Notes: generated by a model from the sequence alone, not told the origin. A stretch of DNA of 64,000 bases from Eledone cirrhosa (GCA_964016885.1 OZ024741.1:268522001-268586000); one strand, 5' to 3'. Numbered from the stretch's first letter, positions 13,637-24,650 are shown. A program made the numbers and translations.

Positions 13637-14411
13637 TTAATTGTAAGTTGTGATGTTGCTGTTCCACTCATATTTTCTATTTAATTTTGGTTGTAATTCT
13701 TTTATGCTTACTGCCTCTGTAATTTGCCTAAACATTGCATCTTTTCTGTGTGTGGATTCTATTTTTATTTCTATGTTCTCTAATTTACCCTTGTGTTCTA
13801 TCTTAGCATGTTGGTAGAGTACAGATGATTCTTTATTATCTTGAAGGTCTCGCCAGTGTTCATTTATCCGTTCCCCTATACTACGAGCTGTCTCACCTAT
13901 GTACACTATATTTTTGTTTCTACATTGTCCTTCAGTACATCTTATGCTATACACTACATTTCTAGTTTTACAGTTAATATGGGGGCTTATTTTACAGGTT
14001 ATACATTTCTTGTCTATACATGAGGGTCTTTGGAACGGGTATGTCTTGCTAATAAGTGTTTTTACGGAGGTACCTGATCTTTCTACTATCTTAATATTGA
14101 GTTTATGTTTATTTAGGGCCCTTCTAAATTTGTAGGCTAGTTCGCCTCTAGGGGTTGTATTGATGAACATTACACTCTGGTATTTATTGCTATCATACCA
14201 TGAGTTTATTCTATTGGCCTTGTTCCTAGTTCTTTCTATTCTATTCCAAAATTTGCTCCTATACAAGGGGCAGGTCCCATTTATGTCATTATTTACCATT
14301 TTTTCCCATTTGGTTCTGGCTCCTCTATACACTCTGATTCTATCTCTCTGATTGTAGCCAGAGAACTGCATACGGTGGATGAAGTGTTGTATGTGTCGCT
14401 CTAGTTCTTCT
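13637..14411 (-). CDS. PLE ORF C-terminal part: RT thumb/linker, Cys-rich linker, GIY-YIG endonuclease (5'-truncated, uninterrupted)
   Basis: SGY...CIDKKCITC...[10 protein letters not shown]...C...YIGETARS...RINEH...H...H...RQITEAV.I......LN.K.EW. Confidence 0.88.
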
Positions 14412-14422
14412 ATATATTTGTG

Positions 14423-14454
<32 letters not shown>

Positions 14455-14470
14455 ATATATATTTGTATGT

Positions 14471-14510
<40 letters not shown>

Positions 14511-14514
14511 ATGT

Positions 14515-14570
<56 letters not shown>

Positions 14571-14574
14571 ATGT

Positions 14575-14628
<54 letters not shown>

Positions 14629-14632
14629 ATGT

Positions 14633-14668
<36 letters not shown>

Positions 14669-14685
14669 ATATATATATATATATT

Positions 14686-14772
<87 letters not shown>

Positions 14773-14797
14773 ATATATATATATATATATATATTTG

Positions 14798-14838
<41 letters not shown>

Positions 14839-14917
14839 ATGTATATATATATATATTTGTAAGTACGTATGTATGTATGTATATGTATGTATGTATATAT
14901 ATATGTATGTATGTATG
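14412..14917. repeat. (TA)n block with TTTGTATGTATACAT / TTTGTA variants
   Basis: Read directly. Confidence 0.95.
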
Positions 14918-16290
14918 TCATCATCACCGTTTTACGTCCGTTCTTCCACGCTGGCATGGGTTAGACGGGTTGTCCTGTTGTGGGCAGTGTCTGGTCGGCT
15001 GACCATGCCTTGCTCATACACGAACTGATCTGGCTTGATTTCTACAGCTGGATGCCCTTCTTAACACCAACCTCATTTACAGTGAGTGCAGGGTGCTTTT
15101 TCGTGGCGCCTACACGTCCACTTTACAGTGTGGGCTGGGTGTTTTTTTGCCGTGGCACCTCCACGACCACTTTGTGGTGGGGTGTGTGGGGGGATATTGT
15201 CTATATGCTTCAGCTTGTACCCATGGGATGTCGGGTACTCTGTATTACTGCGTGACGCCAGAAGTCACAGTCGTGTGTCATTGTCTTTGAGAGGTGTAAT
15301 TGGGTAAGGTCGGCTTTTATCACCTCATCCCAGGTCATCTTGGGTCTCCCCACTCCGCGGTTTCCATCAACTTCTAGTGCTCTGCACCTTTTTATGCAGC
15401 TGTCATCCTTCATACGCATCACATGTCCATACCAGCGCAACCGCCTCTCCTGCACACAGCATTTGATTCCTCTTATGCTCAGTCTCTCTCTCAATTCATT
15501 TATGCTACTGTTATATTACTGTATATTACTGTTACACATCCATCGGAGCATGCAGGCTTCGTTTCTCTCTAATCTACGTAAGTCTTCCACCTTCAGCGCC
15601 CAGGTCTCACTACCATGCAACATCACTGTTCGGATATACGCATCATACAGTCTGCCTTTCATTTTGAGGGAGAAGCATTTTGCAGCTAGCAGTGGTAGTA
15701 GTTCCCTAAACTTCTTCCATCCCGTTCTTACCCAAGTTATTGTACTTTCTGAACACCCACCTCCGTTGCTAATTTGGTCACCTAGGTAGCAGAAGTTGTC
15801 TACTGTTTCTACAGGGCCCTCCCAGAGATTGGTGGTACTTCTTTCCTGTGGCTGTTTGCTGCCTGCTGTCTTAGTACAGCTGCTGCATGTGAATCCTACA
15901 TTCTTAATTAAGCTTCCTGAGATCCCGCTACATCTCTTGTGTACCCATTGTTTGCATTTGGGGCAGAGAATGGAGTTCCTACCTACACCTTTCCTACATA
16001 CTGAGCAAGGCCATTTCCCTGAGGGGATCTGGGTTCTGTTTTCTCGTCTACTTACAAGGACCTTAGACTTTGTCATGTTGACTTTGAGACCCTTTCTTTC
16101 TAGTCCCTGCTTCCAAGTTTGGAATTTCTTCTCTAGTTCTACCATAGATTCAGTTATGAGTGCGAGGTCATCAGCATACAGGAGTTCCCATGGGCATCCG
16201 GTCTTAAACTCCTCCGTTATTGCCTGCAGGACTATGATGAACAGGAGAGGACTAAGAACAGAGCCCTGGTGGACCCCAACCTGTATGCTA
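14918..16290 (-). mobile_element. RTE subfamily A, 5'-truncated
   Basis: ORFs 15516-16145 and 15210-15494; YADD region, C4HC3 finger; (CAT)n tail. Confidence 0.95.
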
Positions 16291-16343
16291 TACGTATGTA
16301 TGTATGTATATATATGTATGTATGTATATATATATATGTATAT

Positions 16344-16583
16344 ATATTGTTATACTTAGGGAGGGTCATGTTGCCAATAAGAAACACACGCACCAGTTGC
16401 TTTCACTTCAATTTATTATATATTTATAAATTATAAATTTATAAACTTACAAACTTACAAAATTATAAATTTCTGGTTCGTGTGTTTCTTATTGGCAACA
16501 TGACCCTCCCTAAGTATAACAATATCGGTTTCAACACACGATTTCAGATAAAGAATCTTGCTAAACAAATTCAGAAACGAAAT
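16344..16583. mobile_element. PLE family Z terminal fold-back (53-bp inverted arms 16344-16396 / 16473-16525) plus 58-bp extension
   Basis: Left part matches 13196-13320; the two arms differ at one base. Confidence 0.85.
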
Positions 16584-16614
16584 ATGTATATATATATATA
16601 TGTATGTATGTATG

Positions 16615-16661
<47 letters not shown>

Positions 16662-16741
16662 ATGTATGTATGTATATATGTATATATATATGTATGTATA
16701 TATGTATATATATATGTATGTATATGTATGTATGTATATAT

Positions 16742-16782
<41 letters not shown>

Positions 16783-16858
16783 TATGTATATATATATATG
16801 TATATATATATGTATATATGTATGTATGTATATGTATGTATGTATATATATATGTATG

Positions 16859-16905
<47 letters not shown>

Positions 16906-17158
16906 GTATGTATATATATATATATATGTATGTATATATATATATGTATGTATATATATATATATATATGTATGTATATATATATATATGTATGTATATA
17001 TATATATATGTATGTATATATATATATATGTATGTATATATATATATATGTATGTATATATATATATATGTATGTATATATATATATATGTATGTATATA
17101 TGTATGTATATATATATATATGTATATATATATGTATGTATATATATATATATGTATG

Positions 17159-17194
<36 letters not shown>
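16584..17194. repeat. (TA)n block with TATGTATGTA variants
   Basis: Read directly. Confidence 0.95.
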
Positions 17195-17198
<4 letters not shown>

Positions 17199-17219
17199 AA
17201 TATATAATAAATTGAAGTG

Positions 17220-18400
17220 AAAGATGCATGGAAGAGTCATTATGATAGATTACTAAATGAGGAGAATGCATGGGAAGAAGAGACCCTACCCCACGTAGAC
17301 CCTATAGAGGGACCAGCAGTACAAGTCAGCGGCAGCGTAGTAAGTAAGGCAATCAGAGATATGAAGATAGGGAAGGCAACCGGTCCATCGGGTATAGCTG
17401 CCGAGATGCTGAAGGCATCTGGGTCTGTAGGTCACACTATAACCACACGTATCGTTAACCAGGTAATACTAGAGGGGGCCATACCAAAAGATTGGTGCAG
17501 TAGCATCATTGTCAACTGCTACAAAGGTAAAGGCGATGCACTAGATAGAGGAAACTATAGAGGTATAAAGTTGATGGACCAGGTCATGAAAGTAACAGAA
17601 AGAGTTATAGCACAGCTGATTAGGGACCGGGTGAATATAGACGAGATGCAATTTGGGTTTGTACCAGGGAAAGGCACCACTGATGCGCTCTTCCTTGTGA
17701 GGCAATTACAGGAAAAGTACCTAGCTAAAAGTAAGCCACTCTACTTGGCATTTGTCGACCTTGAGAAAGCCTTTGACAGAGTTCCACGTGCAGTAATCTG
17801 GTGGGCTCTTAGAAAACTAGGAGTAGATGAATGGCTTGTGAAAGCGGTACAAGCCATGTATAGGGGAGCAGTCAGCAAAGTTAGGATTGGCAATGAGTAT
17901 AGCGAGGAATTTAGCGTACAGGTTGGGGTCCACCAGGGCTCTGTTCTTAGCCCTCTCCTGTTCATCATAGTCCTGCAGGCAATAACGGAGGAGTTTAAGA
18001 CCGGATGCCCATGGGAACTCCTGTATGCTGATGACCTCGCACTCATAGCTGAATCTATGGTAGAACTAGAGAATAAATTCCAAACCTGGAAGCAGGGACT
18101 AGAGAGAAAGGGCCTCAAAGTCAACATGACAAAGACTAAGGTCCTTATAAGTAGACGAGAAAACAGAACCCAGATCCCCTCAGGGAAATGGCCTTGCTCA
18201 GTATGTAGGAAATGTGTAGGTAGGAACTCCATTCTTTGCCCCAAATGCAAACAATGGGTACACAAGAGATGTAGCGGGATCTCAGGAAGCTTAATTAAGA
18301 ATGTAGGATTCACATGCAGCAGCTGTGCTGAAACAGCAAGCAAACAGCCACAGGAAACAAGTACCACCAATCTCTGGGAGGGCCCTGTAGAAACAGTAGA
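17220..18400 (+). mobile_element. RTE subfamily A internal fragment with uninterrupted RT domain
   Basis: ORF 17217-18419: NYRGIKL, QFGFVPG, FVDLEKAFDRVP, GVHQGSVLSP, LYADD, C4HC3 finger. Confidence 0.95.
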
Positions 18401-19267
18401 AAACAGGACAAAACTCTGATTCCGTCAGGGAAATGGCCATGTTCGATATGCAGAAAAGGAACTGGCATAAATTCTATAAAATGCACACAATGCAGATCCT
18501 GATTACACAACAGATGTAGCGGGATAGCAGGCAAACTAACAGGTAGGGAGAAATATGTATGCAGTACATGTACAGGGAAATTAGGCCGTAGAAGTCGCAT
18601 TGATAGACACATTTTTCAAATGCAGAAGGCTGCTATAGAAGTGGTGGATAGCTTCCTGGAACCTAGGAGATCAGATTAGCATGGGAGGGGGCTGTTTTGA
18701 GGCCACAGTATCTAGAATAAGGACGGGTTGGAAGAAGTTTAGGGTGCTGCTTCCTCTGCTGACGAAGAAGGGTTTCTCCCTGCGTACGAAAGGCCGGTTA
18801 TATGATGCCTGTGTGAGGAGCGCGATGCTGCATGGTAGTGAGACATGGGCAGCAATTGCAGAGGATATGCGACGGCTGGAGAGAAATGAGGCAAGCATGC
18901 TCCGTTGGATGTGCAGTGTAAATGTGCGTGAACGACCCAGCATAAATGTGTTGAGAGAGAAACTGTGTCTGAGAGGGATGGAATGTAGTGTACGGGAGAG
19001 GAGACTGAGGTGGTATGGACATGTGATGCGCATGTTGGATAACCGATGGGTGAAGAAGTGCCAGGAAATGCCAGTTGAAGGAAGACGTGGTAGAGGTAGA
19101 CCACGAAAAACATGGGTGGAGGTGGTGAGAACAGACCTCAGATTGTTGAAGCTTACGGTGGAGATGATGAAGGACCGTGACGAGTGTGGAGAGATGCTGT
19201 GCTGAATAAGACCCGTCCCACCCCTGCAAGCAGGGAAGAGCGGACGTAAAATGATGATGATGATGAT
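18395..19267 (+). mobile_element. RTE subfamily C 3' part, fused directly to the subfamily A fragment
   Basis: Second finger (GKWPCSIC...), ORF 18681-19205, very short 3'UTR, (GAT)n tail. Confidence 0.9.
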
Positions 19268-19440
19268 TATATATATATTATATATATTATATATATATTA
19301 TATATTATATATATATATATTATATCAACTAGAAATTGATTGACATATAATTAAACATATGAAACAATCACAGTTAATTTAATTCAATTTATCTTAATTT
19401 TGGATATATATATATATATATATCTATATATATATATTAT

Positions 19441-19723
19441 TTCCCCGTTTGTTTCTCTAGGATTTTCAATTAATATTTACATGCTTTTAAATGATTTATC
19501 TCATTCTGTTGGACCATTCCTAAATCAAATCCTTCTCCTAATTATTCTAGAACCTTCCTGTATCTCGCTCCCTAAGTTTGTAATCACTTTGCTCTTTCAC
19601 TCTATGCTAGTCTACAGATTCAAATTCCCTGTGTGTTTCTCTCGGATTTTCAACTAATATTTATATGTTTAAATGATTTGTCTCAGTCTGTTGGACCCTT
19701 CCTAAATCAAATCCTTCTCCTAA
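19441..19723 (+). repeat. ~184-bp-period direct repeat upstream of the RTE ORF
   Basis: 19441-19541 resembles 19625-19723. Confidence 0.8.
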
Positions 19724-22700
19724 AGTTATCCATTTTCCGCCCTCCCACCCCCACACACCACCATTGCTAATGGTCCAATCATAACTCAGCGGCTTTAGTA
19801 AGTTCCCAAATAAATCAGTATAGCAAAGCTACCGCCCCGGTTACTACTCCTTAAGTTTAGACCTGTTTGATGGGTTGACTGCGGAGATTTGGAAAGTCTA
19901 AGCATGCAATGATGATGTCACAGATAAAGATAAATTCACCTCCTGCTGCAGGACGAGAATACAAAGAGTCCTCTCTATTTCAGACACAAATGACCAACAA
20001 AATTCCGTCTCCCATACCCCTCCCTGCCCCTCTAACCCATCCATCCCACCCTGCCAACTTCAGAGTTGGTACCATGAACGTAGGCACATTAAAAGGTCGC
20101 TCAAATGAGGTTGTAGAGATGCTTGAACGTAAAGAAGTTGATATTTGTTGTATTCAAGAGACTAGGTGGAGAGGGGGGTCTGCCAAATTCATCGTGGGTA
20201 AAAAACGATGCTATAAAATTTTCTGAGGGGGAAACGACAACGGACTGGGTGGAGTAGGAATTATGTTAGCTGAAAAATGGGTAGATAAGGTAATCGACGT
20301 AAATAGAGTAAATGACAGAATAATTAAAATAAGGCTAGTTCTAAATAAAACTACTGTGACAATAATATCCGCTTAAGCACCCCAATCTGGTCTACTTGAC
20401 GTTATAAAGGACAGGTTCTATGAGACGCTAATGCACACTACCTCCCAAATAACCGACAGCGACTACTTAATTATTGCTGGCGATCTAAACGGCCACGTTG
20501 GACAACATAGTGATGGCTATGATGGAATCCATGGAGGCTATGGGTTTGGTAATAGAAATGAGGAAGGCTTCAGAATCCTGGAATTCTGTGACGCCAATAA
20601 CCTAACTATCTGTAACACAAACTTCAAAAAACGTGAAAACCACTTGATCACCTATAGATCAGGGGAACACGCCAGCCAGATAGATTATATCCTTACTAGA
20701 AGACGGGACAAAGTGTCTGTTGTAAACACTAAATCCCTGCCCCGTGAAGAATGCACCTCCCAACATAGCCTAGTAGTTAGTGACCTCACAGTCAGAAATA
20801 GATGTACTCGACGATGGAGGAGGCCTACCTTGAAGAGGAGAATATGGAAGTTGAAGGACCCCATAGCCAGTGACAAATTTAAAAGCTTATTACTTGATGC
20901 CTTTGACAATAAGGAAGGGAAATTAGAGACGTACGATATAGAGGAACAGTGGCAATTCCTGAAAGTGAACCTGTGAAAGCAACGGATGAAATCTGTGGCC
21001 GGAGCAGACCTATTGGCAGGAGGAGAGTAACTTGGTGGTGGAACAGTAAGGTAGAAGAGACAATCAAGGCCAAAAAGCAGGCTTGGAAAGTATGGCAGGA
21101 TGGGGGAAGTAGAGAGCACTATCAAGTGGCGAGGAGACAAGTGTACCTTGCAAAAAGGGAAGCAGAGGATAGAAAGTTCAAGCATGTTCTACAACGTGAG
21201 GACCAAAAACGCGAGGTGTTCAGGATTACTAGACAATGTGTCAAGGAAAACCGTGATATTGTCAGGGAGAAGTGTGTCCATAATGATAACGGTGTACTTG
21301 CCCTCACTGATGCTGATAAGAAGATAGCCTGGAAATGTCACTACGAGAGACTATTAAATGAGGAGAATAAGTGGGAAAAAGATAGTCTGCCCCAAATTGA
21401 TCCAATAGAAAGACCAGCAGTGCAAGTTAAAGGTAGTATAATAAGTAAGGCAATCAAAGATATGAAGACAGACAAGGCAGCTGGGCCTTCGGAGATAGTT
21501 GCTGAGATGTTGAAGGCATCTGGAATGGTGGGACATACTATGGTCACCCATATAGTTAACCAAGTAATACAGAATGGGGTCATACCAAAAGACTGGCGTA
21601 GCAGCATCATCATTAACTGCTACAAGGGTAAAGGAGATGCTCTAGATAGAGGAAACTATAGAGGCATTAAGTTAGTTGACCAGGTCATGAAGGTCACAGA
21701 ATGAGTTATAGTGCAACTAATCAGAGAACGAATTGATCTAGATGAAATGCATTTTGGTTTGTGTCAGGTAAAAGTACCACAGATGCTCTTTTCCTTGTAC
21801 GACAACTACAAGAGAAGTACCTAGCTAAAAGTAAACCCCTCTACTTAGCTTTTGTAGACCTGGAAAAAGCTTTTGACAGTCCCCCGCTCCATTATCTGGT
21901 GGGCTCTTAGAAAACTAGGTGTAGATGAATGGCTTGTGAGAGCTATACAAGCTATGTATAATGAAACAGTCACTAAGGTTAGAATTAACAACGAATATAG
22001 TGAAGAATTTAGTGTAAAAGTTGGTGTTCACCAAGGCTCTGTCCTTAACCCCCTCCTATTTATTATTGCCCTCCAGGCTATAACAGAGGAGTTCAAGACC
22101 GGCTGCCCATGCGAACTCCTATACGCAGATGATCTAACGCTTATAGCTGAATCAATGGCTGAACTAGAAAAGAAATTCCAAACATGGAAGCATGGCCTAG
22201 AATCAAAAGGCCTTAAAGTTAACTTGTCTAAGACTAAAGTCCTAGTTTGTAGAAAGGAAAATAAGGCACATGTACCCTCAGGGAAATGACCTTGCTCAGT
22301 GTGTAGGAAAGGAGTAGGTAGAAATTCAATTTTATGTCCCAAATGTAAAGTATGGGTACATAAAAGATGTAGTGGGATCACAGGTAAACTATCTAAGAAC
22401 GTAGACTTTATATGAGGCCGATGCTCAGGTGCAACAGGTAGCAAGTGTCCACAGGATACTAGCCCATTCTATTGCCCAGATGGTTCTATAGAAATAGTAG
22501 ACACTTTCCGTTACCTGGGTGACAAAATCAGCAGTGGTGGAGGGTGTTCTGAAAGTACAGTAGCCAGAGTCAGAACGGGATGGAAAAAGTTCAGAGAGCT
22601 TATACCGCTGTTGGACACAAAAGGTTTCTCTCTAAAAATGAAAGGCAGGCTGTATGATGCCTGCATACGAACAGCAATGTTACATGGCAGTGAGACCTGG

Positions 22701-23304
22701 GCATTGTGTGCAGAGGATATACGCAGACTGGAGAGAAACGAAGCTTGCATGCTCCACTGGATGTGTAATAGTAATATACGTGAACGGCAAAGCATAAACG
22801 GAGTTACGGAGTAGGTAGACCCAGAAAAACCTGGGACGATCTGATAAATTCCGACCTTACACACTTGTATCTCTCTAAGACAATGTCACTGGACCGAGAT
22901 CTTTGGCGCTATGCAGTAATACAGAAGACCCGGCTTGCCTATATACAAAGCGAAACCTATAGTCAGTAGGCACCTCTTAACCAAATATGCACCCCAATCG
23001 ACTACTCCTACCCTATCCTCCCACTCCCACCAACATCACCCTCTCTCTATAAAGTTGGTAACACAACATCCAGTCCAAATAAATGAGATCGAGATCGTGT
23101 AGTGTCACGAGAAAAAAAACACACAGTCCACGCTGTAATGTGGTTTGTGTTAGGAAGGGCATCCAGCCGTAGAAAACCTGCCAGATAGTCCTATATGAGC
23201 GAGACATGGCCACCCGACCAACCTTGCCTCAAGTGGGACAACTCCCGTCTAACCCATGCTAGCGTGGAAAATGGATGTTAAACGAAGATGATGATGATGA
23301 TGAT
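19441..23304 (+). mobile_element. Near full-length RTE subfamily B LINE (APE endonuclease + RT + PHD-type finger), inactivated
   Basis: GTMNVGTL...DICCIQETRW, GDLNGH, SQIDYIL, SQHSLV endonuclease motifs; RT motifs; several stops and frameshifts, deletion near 22800; (GAT)n tail; 5' boundary uncertain (19441-19740). Confidence 0.92.
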
Positions 23305-23319
23305 TATTTATATATATAT

Positions 23320-23444
23320 CTAAGGACAGACACTGGTCTGTTGGAGATGCAGGATATGGCAGCGATAATGAGGGACAGAGACCGCTGGAGAGAACTCGTC
23401 CATGGATCTCGGGAATTTTACCCGCCTTAGATAGATAGATAGAT
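23320..23444 (+). mobile_element. RTE-X-like LINE 3' tip with (TAGA)n tail
   Basis: Translates LRTDTGLLEMQDMAAIMRDRDRWRELV...stop, then tagatagataga. Confidence 0.7.
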
Positions 23445-23931
23445 ATATATATTATATATTATATATATATTATATATTAGATATAGATATTATATATATA
23501 TATTATATATTATATATAATATATATATTATATATATATCATCGGATTTACGTGCTGGCATGAGTAATAATTTTCTGGATAAGGTTTTACTGCCAGATAC
23601 CCTTCCTAATGTAAAACCTTGTCTCAAAGCATCCTGTCCAACCCATTACTGTACACAGGGATATAGTGTAACTGTTCTAAGATCTGGTATATTAATGGCA
23701 TATGTATCTGTCTGTCTATCTGTATGTACACACACACACAAATATTTATCTATATTATCTATATATGTATTTCTCAATCCCTCTTTCCCTCCTCTCTCCC
23801 TCTCTCCCTCCTTTCTCCCCCTTATCTCCCCCCCCCCCACCCCCTCATTCTTGCTCTTGAGTTGGCATGTATATATTTTTAGAAGAAACAGGCTGTGTTG
23901 TTGCTGTATAAAGTGTAATTATATATAAAAT

Positions 23932-24650
23932 GAAAGTACGAACAGGGGATAATTTCCCTTCATCAGTTGTCTGCTGGAGATCACGGACATTTTATGCATT
24001 AAAGACAAGATGTCTAGCTCTAGTGCGTCAATAACTAAAGGAAGTTATTGGGGAAAAAGAGAGAGAGAAAAAATATATAACAGAAGGAAAAAAAATGGAA
24101 AAAAAAACCGGAAAACAACATACCGAAGAGGGAAACCCGAAAGCACGTGTGTGAGCAACCGAACAGAGAGAAAAGGTTAAAGTCCACATCAATATATATA
24201 ATAGAAGGAAAAAAGGAAAAGAAATTGGGGGAAAAAACCGCAAAACAACATACCAAAGAGGGAAACCCAAAATCACACGTGTGTGAGCAACCAAAGAGAG
24301 AAAAAATTAAAATCAACATCAACTACTGGTCTTAAGACCGAGGCTATGTGGCTGTGAAAAAAACAGGTCTGACCTCCGCAAGAGTAGGTGAAAAAGAGAC
24401 AGGCTCGATTGCTCACACACATGTGCTTTTGGGTTTCCCTCTTCTGTATGTTGTTTTCTGTTTTTTCCTGTTTTTTCCCCTTTTTTCCCCTTTTCTTCCT
24501 TTTTTCCTTCTGTTATATATATTTTTCTCTCTCTCCTTTTTCCCCCCCAATAACTTCCTGGAGCTAGACATCTTGTTTTTAATGCGTAGAAATGTCAGTG
24601 ATGTCTAGCAGACAACTGATGAAGGGAAATTATCCTCCATTCGTGCTTTC
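23932..24650. mobile_element. TA-flanked fold-back element with ~230-bp inverted arms
   Basis: 23932-24162 is the reverse complement of ~24405-24650; internal direct duplication ~24193-24292. Confidence 0.75.

Larger units (their letters stand above)
13196..14411 (-). mobile_element. Penelope-like element (family Z, Naiad-like), 5'-truncated, with 3' pLTR
   Basis: GIY-YIG ORF followed by a pLTR with hammerhead and AATAAA; TA blocks on both sides. Confidence 0.9.

Noticed and set aside
1444-17271. Long Tyr/Ile-rich ORFs (up to 544 aa)
   Set aside because: Translations of (TA)n variants, which lack stop codons in several frames; no coding signal.
19740-19908. HDV-like ribozyme in the RTE 5'UTR
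   Set aside because: Expected for some RTEs, but I could not build the nested double pseudoknot; needs a descriptor search.
5005-22864. Antisense ORFs over RTE copies (e.g. 5005-5505, 15340-15789, 17741-18370)
   Set aside because: Shadow frames of RT coding sequence with no recognisable domain.
4547-23304. CRISPR-like reading of alternating repeat and unique blocks
   Set aside because: The repeats are variable microsatellites, the 'spacers' are TE fragments, and there are no cas genes; eukaryotic context.
24120-24160. Complete hammerhead at ccgaagagggaaacccgaaagc
   Set aside because: The core is CCGA, with no UH site or stem I; the mirrored copy also lacks GAAA.
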